Counted from the first letter of the whole stretch, positions 49,857 to 62,715 are shown. The stretch: DNA of 63,319 bases, filler included, from Vermamoeba vermiformis (GCA_045837725.1; 3 parts of 3 records of this genome joined end to end with filler, not necessarily neighbours in it); one strand, 5' to 3'. A program made the numbers and translations. The notes: a model not told the origin generated them from the letters alone.

Positions 49857-52472
49857 GATCAGCTGCAGTTTTTATTCGACACATCAATTCGTCACCATTC
49901 AACTCGTTTTGGTGTCGGACAACTTCCTGAAGGCATCGAAGCAACGGTGAAGCTGATTGGTGGTCATTCGTCCCCGCTCATGGCAGGATTTGTCCTCAAC
50001 CCGTCATTTTCTCCGCTCAACATCAAGCCTGTCTTGCTCACTATGCTTATCAAGAATGGATTCGAAGAGAGCTCGCGAGAATTTGTTCTGAAAGCGTTGG
50101 ATCCGCTCTTTAGTGCTGCAGCGAAAAATCAAGAAGTTCGAACTTGCGCGGCGTTTCGCAATGAAAATGATATCCAACTCACTGTAATCTCGGCCTCAGA
50201 TTCGGCTATCGCTTCAATTCTCACTTCCGCCAACTTGGATCCGCTTCGCAACCAGTTTCAGCTTGCTACAGAGCTCTGTGGTAACATCAGTGTGGAGTCT
50301 CACCAGCAGATCTTGGCAACAGGTCTCGCCCTTGATACGAAGAAAGAACTAGATGCCGGATACATCCTTCACCCTGCTTGTTTTATTGCCGCGAAACATG
50401 AGTCGAACACGTCCTTGCTGCCATCGTCCCTCTCAGAGCCACCAACAACGGAGTTATTTACGCTGGTCATAGACCCTTATACGAAGGAGGCTACAGCTAT
50501 TCGATTTGCTCAGAGTGCCCCGGGTCGTTCACCACATCAATACAAAGCAGGCACGCCTAGTCAAGTTGTGACGACTGAAGGAACCCTTGAAGTGCCCTTA
50601 CTCCACATTGTGCGCAAACTTTCAGGCTCCGGAGGAACCGACCTTGAAATAGCCATACCGAAGCTCTTCGGCCTATTGGAACGATTGCGCTCGTGGCAAC
50701 GAAGTGTTCTTCTATTCAACCGTTTGTTTGACCATGGCGAGCAATTGACTGAAGAAGAACAGTACTTTGTCGAGACGTTTGTCGAGAATTTGAACAATGT
50801 TGGATATCCTCAACGAGCCAAAGACAAGCGCGTGAACATTGACGGCTTGAACGAGTTCATTCAGACGATTGAATGGGCCATGCGCGAGATCATTGAACCT
50901 GCACGTGCCTCACTCGCAACAGCACACCAAGTCACTTACAAAGGCTTAATGGAAGCGTTCCCGATTGGCTCAATTGTCGTTGGACAAGCTGCTGGTCTTG
51001 GCGGGGCTCTGGTGGCATATCGTGTCTTCGATTGCTACATGAGCACGCAGCGTTCAATGTTCGGCACGAGCAAGTACATCTTCACTCTTGGCCTCGAGTT
51101 TGTGGTCAACTTGGGCGCTCATTTCTGCGTGTGCAACTTTGAAGACAAGATTGAAGAGTTTGAAGGCGAACGTGACTTGGCGAGTCTGCCTTACGTGCCC
51201 TTGACCTCACGTGCTAATGAACGATCAATGTTGGTTTCTCGTGGCAAAGCTGTGGCCGAGCTTGGCGTCAAACCAGTGTACCGATCGTACGCTTCTGGTG
51301 CTTTTTTCGCTCATCTTGCAGGCAGCTCTAGCGGCGCAGCAGCTACTACTGGCGTGCATCAAGCAGGCTCTGGACGATGTATGGTCGATAACGAACGAGG
51401 TCTGTTGCTCGGACACGCCCCTGGCGTTTCATACGATGGTGCAGGCATTGCCATTCAATCTACGATTAAAGTCTATCGTGTCGCTGTTCGTGCATCACAT
51501 GAAAACGAATCTGAAGCTGCCAAACAAGAACGCATTAAGAACGCACGACTGCGATTGTTCAAACACTTGCCAAGCCACTTTGAAGTCATAACTTGGCCCG
51601 CTGTCGTGGCCTACAGCTTCACATGGAAGACTTGGGGTCACGTGCTCACGAGCGGTCTCAGCGAAGTTCAATTCAGCGACGAGCCGTGGAACCAACTCGT
51701 GCTTCCGAAACGAACCAAAGAACTTCTGTTTGCGTCAGCTCTCTTCAATCTGAGCGGAGCTCCTGGCGTCGGTGATTTGATCAAAGGCAAATCTCAAGGC
51801 GCTTTGTATCTCTTGTACGGACCACCAGGCACCGGAAAAACTCTTACAGGTACGGATCCAAATTTCAATTTTATCAGGCAGGGGTCTTATAGATTATTTG
51901 CAGTTGAAGCTATTTCCGAGAAGTTTAAATTGCCACTTTACACGGTGTCTCTTGGTGAACTCGGTACTGGTGCGCAAGAAGTTGATGCAGCGATCAACAA
52001 CATCCTGGCACTTTGTGCACAATGGAAAGCAATCGTGCTGCTCGATGAAGGTGACGCATTGTTGGAACAACGAGAGAAAGGCAAGCTGCAAATGAACTCC
52101 TTGACTGGCGTGTTGCTGCGATCGTTGGAGAACTTCGACGGACAGCTGTTTATCACCTCGAACAGACTTCAACACATTGACCGTGCTGTGCTGTCACGGG
52201 TCACTTTAGCTATCAAATACGATGAATTAGACGCAGCTGCACGTGCTTGCATTTGGCGCAACACGCTCACTCGTGCAGGAGTCGATTTATCAAATTTAGA
52301 TATCGATGCATTGGCTCAGTACGAGATCAGTGGCCGAGAGCTGTTGCATATTGTCAAGCTCGGATTGGCACTGGCATTCTATCACAAGTCCCCATTGACG
52401 CAAGAGCTCATCGTTGCTGCGTTAGAAGAGAGTCTCGAATTCAGATCTCACTTTCCAACGACGAGTTATTAA
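49857..52472 (+). CDS. AAA+ ATPase with long N-terminal region; start uncertain
   Basis: DLIKGK.QG...LLYGPPGTGKTLT (Walker A), LLDEGD (Walker B), FITSNR, AVLSRV. In-frame 54-nt intron at about 51850-51903. Confidence 0.88.
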   Translation, partial: DQLQFLFDTSIRHHSTRFGVGQLPEGIEATVKLIGGHSSPLMAGFVLNPSFSPLNIKPVLLTMLIKNGFEESSREFVLKALDPLFSAAAKNQEVRTCAAFRNENDIQLTVISASDSAIASILTSANLDPLRNQFQLATELCGNISVESHQQILATGLALDTKKELDAGYILHPACFIAAKHESNTSLLPSSLSEPPTTELFTLVIDPYTKEATAIRFAQSAPGRSPHQYKAGTPSQVVTTEGTLEVPLLHIVRKLSGSGGTDLEIAIPKLFGLLERLRSWQRSVLLFNRLFDHGEQLTEEEQYFVETFVENLNNVGYPQRAKDKRVNIDGLNEFIQTIEWAMREIIEPARASLATAHQVTYKGLMEAFPIGSIVVGQAAGLGGALVAYRVFDCYMSTQRSMFGTSKYIFTLGLEFVVNLGAHFCVCNFEDKIEEFEGERDLASLPYVPLTSRANERSMLVSRGKAVAELGVKPVYRSYASGAFFAHLAGSSSGAAATTGVHQAGSGRCMVDNERGLLLGHAPGVSYDGAGIAIQSTIKVYRVAVRASHENESEAAKQERIKNARLRLFKHLPSHFEVITWPAVVAYSFTWKTWGHVLTSGLSEVQFSDEPWNQLVLPKRTKELLFASALFNLSGAPGVGDLIKGKSQGALYLLYGPPGTGKTLTGTDPNFNFIRQGSYRLFAVEAISEKFKLPLYTVSLGELGTGAQEVDAAINNILALCAQWKAIVLLDEGDALLEQREKGKLQMNSLTGVLLRSLENFDGQLFITSNRLQHIDRAVLSRVTLAIKYDELDAAARACIWRNTLTRAGVDLSNLDIDALAQYEISGRELLHIVKLGLALAFYHKSPLTQELIVAALEESLEFRSHFPTTSY

Positions 52473-52683
52473 TTCTGGAGTTGTAAATGATTATTTATGT
52501 ATGTTATCAAGATCCTACGGTGCTTTTTAATTTTCGCATTTAGCAAAGTGGAGCGTTTTGAAGGAGTTTAACTTTGGAGCGTTCGATAAAAAACTATTTA
52601 TTTCTTTCGGTCGTGTGCGTTTATCTTAAAAATCTTGTTGGTGTTACAGGATTGGTCCAAAAATCGAATTTTTACTATTTTTG

Positions 52684-54482
52684 CTAATTAGATGGAGCTT
52701 GGGTTTGTTCTGACGCTGGCTTTGCTAAGTGCTCGTCTCTTACCCGAGCGACCATGTCAAACTCCGACACTTTTGTGCACTTTCTAAAGAACCAAGAACC
52801 TTGTTTGAGCGCTTTTTTGAGCATTTTTTCATCGACTTTTTTAGCGCTCCAATTCTTGTAATGAGCGTAGTGATAAATGAACGGTTCCTGTGGCAAAATT
52901 CGCTTGACTGCGTTGATCATCACGTGTTCGTCGGGCACTAAGCTATTTCTATATGAAAATAAGATGTCCCAGAAGTCTTGTGACGACACGAGTTTCTCAA
53001 TGACAGATCTGCTGAAGACTTTCCACTGCGATGCTTTGATCATCGGATTAACATACTCTGGATAAATTGGCTTAAACTTAGGGTGCTGAGCTGCTCTATT
53101 AATAAGAACATTATTAGAATCCGTTAACGGATCTGTGAAAAAATTGAGATCTGTACTGACCTTATTGAGGAACCACAATCAACCCAAACATCATTATATC
53201 GATATCTAGAGTCAACTATTGTACGTGAATCATTTTGACTTTGCGAATAAGCCATTGTTTCCCGACATTCAATGACCGATTTGCCGTTCAACTCTTTGAC
53301 ACGTTGTTCAATGACATCTGCTGGCACAATGAAGCCATCAGTGTCGCTTAAATTGATCATGTAGTCCCAGCCCTCCATCTTGAGCAGTTCTAGCCATGCG
53401 TTAACTTCGAAGTATACCAACGAAATGCCTCCCCAATTGCCCAACCAACGAGTCGGCAGCACTTTGACATCGGGATTGTTCTTCATCACTTGCTCGTATT
53501 CGTTTGCTTTCGGTGCGTTGTAATCGTATGTAGAGTATATAATAGTGTCCGGATGTGATTTATTCTAATATAGAAAGTCAACATGGATCAGCTGTTTACG
53601 TAGACTTACGTGGATGTGGTCAAGAGAGAACTTTAGAAATGAAGGCGAGTGAGCGCTCATGAGTAGATATGCTATTTTTGGATTATCATAGTTCGGTCTG
53701 TACGCCACTCTCGCTTGATTCTTGAACTCAAGTGCCAAACTCGCCATCCGCAAGTCGTTTTCGGTTAACACGTTGTACGTTAAAAACGACGAACTTTTTT
53801 GCATTAGTAACAATAAGATATTATAATAATTAGTATTGTGTTACTTACATGTTACTCAGGATGGATTTGAGTCTTAGATCCTCGAGATAAGTGTGACCAG
53901 GGCACAGACTCCTTCGAAAAGTCTCAATGCACGTCAATGGAGCGCGGTATTTTCCTCCCTGCTGAATTCGTACGGAATTGTAGTATGACTTGATCTGCTC
54001 CGTACTGTTGTCGCACGCTAAAAAAAAAGACAAAACGTTAGATTGATCAATTATATCTTGACCTAAAATAACTACTACGGGCTTATTGGTTTTTGAATCG
54101 TTATTAAATGTACCAAAATTGTGTTGCAGCTCCGTTGAAGTGTCAAAATGTCAATGACTTACTTATCGTGAGGTTTATAGGCTGGTGCTCCTCTTTTTCA
54201 ACAAAGACTTCTGGGCTTAAATATGCGCGTATATAAGCTACATCGTCAAGGTCTTCATCGCTTCCGATCAGATCTGGCACCTGGATCTCTGGTCCTCTGA
54301 CCGGGACATGAGAAGGTAAAGGTACTTCTATCGTTGTGGGCAGCTTCATTTCTTCAGAAGCTAATTCTTCTTCTTCGTGCGCTATTCTGAAGAACTTGCT
54401 GTTTAATACGAGACCCAGCAACACCAATGCCAGCATGAACACAAATAACCACTTCGTTACTATTTTATCGAAAGAAACACGC
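52684..54482 (-). CDS. Glycosyltransferase family 14 (core-2/I-branching / xylosyltransferase-like), type II membrane; start uncertain
   Basis: N-terminal TM, PKIAYLLMSAH, WGGISLV...WDYMINLS, ASQWKVFSR, VPDEH, FFRK. Confidence 0.85.
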
Positions 54483-55420
54483 CTAAATAGCGCACGATTA
54501 GTGCCTTAAAAAATCGAAATTTGCTTTACGAAAATTTTCGTGTACGGAGTCAATTGTGATCGCTAGCCTGAAAATAACTGGATTTGCAATTGGTCAAGCT
54601 AGTATCGATGTCTCTAATTATTATAGGTTCGTCTGACATCTTTGTATGTTGTTGCTTGGTAGCTGTTTAGGCAATAACGTACAATACTTACGTTGATATA
54701 CGAGCCTTCATGGATGCAATCTCCTGAATCACGGGTCTGAAGTGTAAGTCGTGATATAGTGCAGCACTGTAAGCCAAAAAATGATTGCTTGACTTACAAG
54801 ATTCATTGAACAAACGGTTCAATGAATATAGCTTATTTCGGGAATTAAATATGGTCACCGCACGTTCAGATCCAAACGACGAATCCATGAAATGACCCAA
54901 CGCTGCATTTGCTAACTGAGGATGATAGCGTAATTGCTAAAATAGGATCATGAATAATACAATTCTTACTCACTTGTCCTCTCGTACAAGAATTTTGTAG
55001 ACGAGAGACTGAAATTTCTTAATTTACCTTTATCAAGGCGAAACTCGCATTCGACTTTCCAATCCATAGTAATGTCAATGGGGTGAATTCCTTAATAATC
55101 AAATCGCTAACCGCAAGCCGGACGCTTCGAATATTTTTTTCGATCGCGGGTATTCTTCAGGGCCCAACAAAAAAATCTGAAATAAATCTGCGAATATTTT
55201 TCTACATCTGGTAGTTCAGTTACGAAGGCTTTGGGATTTTTCGGTGCCTAACTTTCATAACGGCGGAATTTCTATCCTTAAGTTCGATCAACATCACCAT
55301 AGTATCCGTTAGACTAAAGAAGCTTATTGTTAGTAAACTAATCAGGCCTAATTTTGAGTAAGTATTTCAGTAACAATTAATGGGGTGTATAATTCTAAAC
55401 TTTTACTATTATTGCCTAAT

Positions 55421-55520
55421 NNNNNNNNNNNNNNNNNNNNNNNNNNNNNNNNNNNNNNNNNNNNTTAATTAATTAANNNNNNNNNNNNNNNNNNNNNNNN
55501 NNNNNNNNNNNNNNNNNNNN
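55421..55520. other. Assembly gap with artificial TTAATTAATTAA spacer
   Basis: N runs flanking ttaattaattaa. Confidence 0.98.
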
Positions 55521-55883
55521 CTCGATGATTTTAGATTCAATGTTTTTTGGGCTTGGTGGATGCGAATTAATGTCATCTTCTTTTAATCTTTTTTTAATAA
55601 TTTTCTTTTTTGATTTTAACATTTTATATATGTCATATATTGATTTGTTATCGCTAATCGGGGATTCCGTAAGTTCTGCATCCATGCACAAGCCCAATAC
55701 AGAAAATAAAAAAATGATTTTAACTCTTTCATTATCGTAAAATAATTGCAAAATAGGAACTATTGTTGAATTAAATACTAAATCAAACTTTTTGCTTACC
55801 TCAGAACTGTCATCCAGATCCAAGCTGCTTGAGTACGACACGTGTTCAGAAACACTGATATCTTCGCTGCTAGGTGATGCCAT
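55521..55883 (-). CDS. 5' part of a hypothetical gene running into the gap
   Basis: MASPSSEDISVSEH... acidic start then a K-rich segment; frame open up to the Ns. Confidence 0.4.
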
Positions 55884-56002
55884 ATTGATGTTGATGATGA
55901 TGAGTGAGTTTACAGTGATGTATATAATATAAACAACAAGGTAATAATGGACAGGATAAGATTCAAACAAAAACCAATATTTTTGGCGGTTGGGCAGGAT
56001 AG

Positions 56003-59000
56003 AATAAAATTAATAAAATGCTCCCTGGGGAGGAGTTTATCAACCTTATTAACGAACGGAAATTTCGGTGCCTTTCGGTGACATTTCCTTTGCCTTTTCG
56101 CTCTTCTTGGGGAGCATTTTATTAATTTTATTTTTCGGTTGACATTGTTGTTGTACATTGAGAAGTCAGAATAACAAAAAATAAGGTTTATTCTACACTA
56201 CAAGCAAAAACAAGCTACAGCAAAAAGTACCTAATTTTCTTTTGCCTTTTTAGCAGGAGGCTCGTCCTCGGCATCGGGCGGAGGGTTGATCGGCTTTGTT
56301 TTTGGGGCCACATATTGGCGCAAAAGGCCGAGCACTGGAGCAGGCAGTTGGGCTGGTTCGTCTTGTCCTTCATCAACCTCGATTTCCGCGACGACCTGTG
56401 CCAGCAACTTGTTTGTTTTGTTGCTCCTTGCCAAAATCTTCAGCAGTTTTCTAAATAATAAGCAAATTTAAAATACCATAGTTTAAAGGCAATGGTTTTA
56501 ACTTACGTAGCCTCGAACTTCCGAGCACCCAAATCTACCAGCGACCTCGAAGCAACATTTGCTGCTGTTTCACTGTCAAACTCTGCAGCTGCGGTGAAAC
56601 ACTCCAAGCACATGGGTACGGGATCCTTCTGCAGGCTAACCACAGGGCATGTAACACCACACTTCACGCAGTCAAACGAAAGCGACATGCTGTTAACAAT
56701 CATTGTCAAGGGCTCGGTATGCCGGAAAGATTGGATCCATTTGCCAAGGGCTTCACCGATAGGAATTTCTTGAGCATCAGCAGAGGGAAGCTTGTCATCC
56801 TCCCTGACACGAAGGTGCGCGACCCATGTGGCAAGATCAACAATGGGAGAGGCAGTCGGCTGTTGCAAAAAGGAGGACCAGCTGATGAAATTATATCCAA
56901 TTACTGTCAGTTGCTTCTTGAAGCTCTCCTATCATAAAGTTTAGTATGCTTTATTTAAATTTTTTTTTTCATACCGTGCAATCTGGAAAATAGGCCAACC
57001 AAAATGGAGACGAGCCTGCTGGAATGTGCAACACTTCCTGATTTTTAACTCCAAGCACGTGGAGGTGCTCTCCAGGCGCAAGAATATCATTTACATCTGA
57101 AGTTTAGAAAATTAGTACAAATACTGCTAATAACAGTAATACATACCCCACTTGTTTGAATCCTTTGCTTGCGCAAATAAAAGCATGCCATGAGCACTGC
57201 CAGTGTGCACCAGCAGCAGGGAGGTTTTTGGCGGTTCAAACAAAACGCATGAGAAGGCAGAGAACTCGAGCCAAAAAAATTCATTTGTGCTGCCACTCAC
57301 AGCATTGGAGGCTGCACTCATCTCTGGTGGAGTAACTGCAACGCAAAACGGAGAGGAATGAAACAAGGACTTTGCAATTTCCTCCACCTGGCCGCTAACC
57401 TTGTGCACTAAATCATGCCAAAAATTAGCTCTGGTCAAATTTACCTAAGGCCATTACCTGTCAGCGCTCCAATTGCAGCATGCATCTCCCCTCGACAGTA
57501 GAGTTTTGTTTGGCCAATGGGAAGCAAGCAGCTCCGGTAGTACGTGGTGGGTTCATCTCCCCGATCCCACCCAGAATAGAGAACCTGAGGAAAACGAGTG
57601 ATAATTTTGCACGCCTGTGCACTTTCCATCGCCTAAAAGCTGTAGTCAATAACAAATCATTAACTATACTAACTTACTTGTTCCCAAGAACTGCCTTCAG
57701 TGCTAGCAGCAGCGTGCAGAAGCGAACACAAGCACTCTATGTTCTCCGGCAGTCCATCATCCCCTTGCACTGTATATAAGGCGAAATCAATTTCTTCTGG
57801 CTGCTCTACACTCTCTTTGTAGAGGGTTGCTTTAGCGTTCTCCAACAGACGAAGGCTGTCTAGGCCAACCAAACCAACAGAAAAAGTTAACGCTGCTGTG
57901 CATTGTTAACTATGGTTCGAGATCAGATTAAAAAAACTTACGCCAATGCAGCAGCAAGCACAAGCAATAAAGCACAGAGGATATTCCTTGGTAACCACAG
58001 AAAAAGTTCTGCATGGTGCGGTTAGTAAGAGAAAACCCGTGCAAAAATAAAATTGATAAACTCCTCCCCGGGGAGGAGCGAAAAGGCAAAAGAACTTTCT
58101 CGCTTCGAAATTTCTCAAAATAAAATTGCTAAACTCCTCCCCGGGGAGGAGCGAATCACAAAAAAACATAAATTACCTCGATCATAAGGGTTACTCGTTC
58201 GTACAGCCCTGCAAGAACTTCATCGTCGAATTCAAATGTGCCAGCCAAGTAGTATGACACATTTGTTCTGCAGTAAACCAAATGAACTGCAGGGAAATTC
58301 TTTGGCCACTCAATTTCACCCATTGGTGCTTCAACTACGTTCAAATATTAGAAAATATCCTAATTATAACGATCAACTTACTTAGCAGCACATTCTGTGC
58401 CAAAGTTGACCAAAATTCCATGCTCCAAGTTTTCGTGACGCAAGAAAGAACTACAACATCATGCTCTGCTTCTGCCAAGTTTTTTAAAGGTAGAACTTGA
58501 GCTTTGTTGGCAGTGCCACTCTCAGCAAAATGTATTCGTGGCACAGCTTGCTCCTCTTCGTTAGAAAAAAGATCTCCGGATCGGTCAAGCTGTTGCTGCG
58601 AACTAGCACCAGGTGTTCCCTGGTCCATGCTCTCCTCTTGCTTCTCTTGATTATCTTGGTTATCTTGATCCCCAATCTCGTCGCCGAAATCCAGATCAAC
58701 GACCTGTTTCTCCACAGCACTGCTTTCTTCAGTGTTGGAATTGCCAAGAGACTGTCGGTTCGAGCCACCAGAGGCATTACTATTCTTTTTTCGTGACCGT
58801 TTTTGTGCGGACACAGACCATGCTGCCAATGGGACCTTCAAAGGAGATGCAGGCGGAGTTTGAAGGCGAGGGGAAGAACGAGGAGTACCCTGTTGACTAC
58901 TAGCAGTTGTCACTGCACGTGGTGTCACAGCCTTTGGTGTCGCTGGTGAGGCTTGAAGTTGCGGCGAGCCCTGGTGTACTCGAGGAGGAGTTGCTGTGGG

Positions 59001-61510
59001 AGCATTAGGCTTTGGAGATCCAGGCAGCAATGCCGGTTGCTTGGGTGCCCCTGTAGTAGTGGTTGTTCCTGCAGCAGTGCGAGTTGGGTCCAGGGCTGCA
59101 CTAAGTGCCAGGGCTGCAGCAGCCACATTCGCATTGGGCTCAGAAGCAGAAGAAGGCGCTGGCAAACTTGCACCACCTTGGTTGGTATTTGAAGGGGATG
59201 CCCCAAAGAGGAGCTGGTCCATTTCTTCAAGTTCTTCACGGTTGAAGAGATAATTCTTCACTTTACCCATCCAAGTGATAAATGACAGCTTTTTCACCTC
59301 CCGAAGCTTGAGAATTTTTTGCTCCAAGCAGGTTCGCATTGGCCCTGGGGTCTTGAATAAAATCAAAGTTAGAATACAGCAAAGAAAGAATACAGCACTT
59401 ACACGAAGTGGTGGTTTGTAGGCGTCGTTAGTCTCAAATTCGTGCGTCAAGAACAACTGCGCAATCAGCTCCATATTTTTTGTTGGCTCTTGCTTGGCAC
59501 CTGCGAGCAAGGGTTAAACAAACAATATAAATTGATTAGGTAATACTTACGTTTGAATTGAATGGCCTTCCACGTCTCACGCACCAGATCCATGAACTTT
59601 CGCTGCTCTGTGTGTGGCAAGTGCACCAATGCAGCAAGATCCTCTCTGGTAAAGGGCCTGTACTATGTTAGTACGAGTTTACATTCGTGGTCTAAATGTA
59701 CTTACGTGGGGATGCCCAGCTTCTTGTCGAAGTCTGCATTGCCTTGAATTTCTGCCAACTCACACAGGACCTCATGGTCCATGAATCGCAAGGCGTAGTG
59801 GTTTCCTATCATGAGAAATGAATTAGTTGAAGCAATGCCAGCAAATTTATCTTGCACTTACCGCTAAACTTGTAGCCAGTTTGGCTCTCCCAGTATGGCT
59901 GCTTTCTTTCCCCAGTGAACCAGTCTTTAAGAGGGAGTTTCATCTGTATTGCAATATAGTGCATTTGCAATACTTTTTCGATGTACGACATCTCCCGCAC
60001 TGTCTCTTCGGTTTTCTGCGTGTCGAAACCGTTTTTTCGCAGATCCGCTTCCGAGGAGAAGCCATGCAGAACCACCTGATACTCGGGGACAGGATGCTTG
60101 TGCGAGAACAAGTAGATTAAGGCCTCAAACCGGTGTTGCCCTAAAAACAATAGTCAGGCAATTGAATTAAAAATAGCTTTGCTTACCTGCGTACACGGCA
60201 ACTTTTGTAGTTTTGCCGTCCGTAACAAAAGTTCCATGTAAAACTCCTAGATCCCGCCTGTATCCAGTCTTCAACGCGTTGTGAATGATGTTGTTGAGGC
60301 TCAGGCGATTCAAGGGCCTAATGTTGAATCTGCACGGAAATTAGCAAAGTGAATAAAATTGATAAACTCCTCCCCGGGGAGGAGCGAAAAGGCAAAATAA
60401 CTTTCTCGGGTTGAAATTTCGCAAAATAAACTTGATAAATTCCTCCCCGGGGAGGAGCGAATCACAGAAAAACATGCGCTGATGTATTCACTTACCCGCG
60501 TCCTACAATGACAGACTTGGCGTTAAGAGGGGCAACGTCTTGTACAACAGTGTAGCCCTGGAAATGGCTCGCGCACACAGGGGTGTCCTCGTCGACGACA
60601 CTCTTTGGCAGACTGAAATAAATGATTAAAAACTTCCACTATTACTAGCAACTACTTACATATAGGCTACATTTTCTTTGCAGCCAGGAGTGGAGCATTT
60701 TTTCTTTTTTTCTTTCGCATCCGCAGCGAAAGCGTTTAAAGTAGCCAAACTCCATTTCTGAGCCAGGCGGTGCTTCTAAAAAATAAAAAGCATTAGTAAA
60801 ACGGGTTTGCTTGTAAAATGAACTATATAAAGTAAAGATCTCGTGCAAATCTGAAAAATAAAAATTTAATGTTATCTTTATGAAAATAAATATCAAAATA
60901 TTATTTTAAAAATTATTTGCTATGCAAGTAAATTATTTACGAACCGGGATGGCTGTGCTCCAGTAGTCATCCGTGATTCGCTGCAACTTCTCCAGCGTTG
61001 GGGCCTCTTCCTCCGTAGTATTTAAATTCGTATTATTTTCAGCCATTTTTTTGTTATGGCTGCACTGTGGTGATTAATTTAAATAGTAGACTGGAATCCG
61101 GTATTAAAGATTTTGTGATTTGTCCTCCCCGGGGAGGAGTTTATCAATTTTATTAGCCACACGAAATTTCTTCCTTCAGAAACTTCCCCTGCCTTTTCGC
61201 TCCTCCCCGGGGAGGAGTTTATCAATTTTATTAGACGCGCGCACGTCATTTTTTGCGCTGCTTTTTATTTTGCTTCAAAATAGTTAAATTCTTACTATGT
61301 TCGATTCTATTTATTTTTTTATCGTGCATTCAATGGATACACGAGTGCGGATCCGAATTACCTGGAATGAAAGTACTTAGAGCAACGCGCCTCGTGCTCC
61401 AGTAGACTTGACGTAGTAGTGCTCGAGATGACATGATTAAATCCAAAAAATAGTAAAAAAAATTAAATCACTTTTGTGATTCGGTCCTCCCCGGGGAGGA
61501 ATTTAACAAT
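56003..61510. repeat. Dispersed 18-bp palindrome CTCCTCCCCGGGGAGGAG with conserved flanks, mostly in pairs
   Basis: Copies at 58061, 58134, 60367, 60440, 61122, 61200 and 61484; degenerate copies at about 56021 and 56100. Flanks AATAAAATTGATAAA and CGAAAAGGCA or CGAATCACA. Confidence 0.95.
56231..61046 (-). CDS. Large multi-exon protein with ParB/sulfiredoxin-like N-terminal domain, low-complexity linker, possible degenerate methyltransferase fold and C-terminal CxxC..CxxC
   Basis: Exons 60496-60612, 60187-60329 and up to 60140 splice in frame to APLNAKSVIVGRGFNIRPLNRLSLNNIIHNALKTGY...KVAVYAGQHRFEALIYL. Further exon-sized ORFs continue to a stop at 56231; a single-gene model is inferred. Confidence 0.6.
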
Positions 61511-62210
61511 TTTATTGTAACATGCTTCACCGTGTACGTACTTAGTCCCCACTGCCTTCAATGCTATTTCAATGGGTAAGTGGTGATACCCAACAGGAAT
61601 TGATTCTTTTTTTTTTGAAATTCAGCACTTTGCCTCCAACGACATGTTGGTTCGCAGGATTGCATGCTCGCAGTTGCAGAGTGCTGCTATTACTTTGGAG
61701 CACGATGTCACCATTGATTAATTTATCGTATGAAATTCCCTGAAGGACCCTGTTAATTGGTCAAAACCGTTTTTTGTGTTTCACCGTGACACAACAAAAA
61801 AATTTATGGCACGAGTGCATTGCCTGTCACAACTCGCCAGCAACACCACAATGCAGCGCAGAAGAGCCGAGTGCAGTGCCAGTTGTTGCTTGCTGTTGCG
61901 CCTCCAATTGGCACTACTCCCTGCTTGTCTGCGCTCTGCTTTCCCTTGTTTGCCCTAGATGGCCGTAGTTGTTGTAAGTCGAGTTTTGATTTTTTACGGA
62001 GTCCAGCTAGAAGCACGTCAAATTTAGCTTAGTTGCCTTTATTAATGGTGCTAGTTTGGAATTTTTCTGACACCAAGGCTATTTTTCGGATGCAATATTT
62101 TTTTTTCAGATGCAAGCTAAATTTTATTTTCTGTTGATTTTTTACACGTGCAAGCACCAAACTTGCTTGTTTTTTCACAACAGGCAGGTGCTGCTTGGAA
62201 CTGACCACTC

Positions 62211-62715
62211 TTGGACTTGGGTTTTGCAAGGGTCGGTTCCACGCGGTACCGGCTCTTCTTGGACTTTGTGTTTTTCCAAGGGTCGGTTCCACGTGGCACC
62301 GGGCCTTCTTGGACTTAGTATTTTCCAAGGGTCGGTTCCACGTGGTACCAGCCCTTGTTTGGACTTAGTTTTTTTCAAGGGTCGGTTCCACGTGGCACCG
62401 GGCCTTCTTGGACTTAGTATTTTCCAAGGGTCGGTTCCACGTGGCACCAGCCTTTGTTTGGACTTAGTTTTTTTCAAGGGTCGGTTCCACGTGGCACCAG
62501 CCTTTGTTTGGACTTAGTTTTTTTCAAGGGTCGGTTCCACGTGGCACCGGGCCTCTTGGACTTAGTATTTTCCAAGGGTCGGTTCCACATAGTACCAGCC
62601 CTTGATTGGACTTAGTATTTTTCAAGGGTCGGTTCCACGTGGCACCAGCCCTTGTTTGGACTTAGATATTTTCAAGGGTCGGTTCCACATGATACCAGGC
62701 CTTGTTGGACTTTGT
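62211..62715 (+). repeat. Tandem array of 10 x ~50-bp units, each containing the near-palindrome GGTTCCACGTGGCACC
   Basis: caagggtcggttccac at 62227, 62277, 62326, 62376, 62425, 62475, 62525, 62573, 62623 and 62673. Confidence 0.97.

Noticed and set aside
54614-55300. Exon-like segments on the minus strand upstream of GT14
   Set aside because: Could not build a reliable model or recognise a domain.
62211-62715. 50-bp array as a CRISPR array or as coding ORFs (62110-62517, 62175-62477)
   Set aside because: Whole units are repeated with no unique spacers, and unit lengths are not multiples of three, so the ORFs are by-products.
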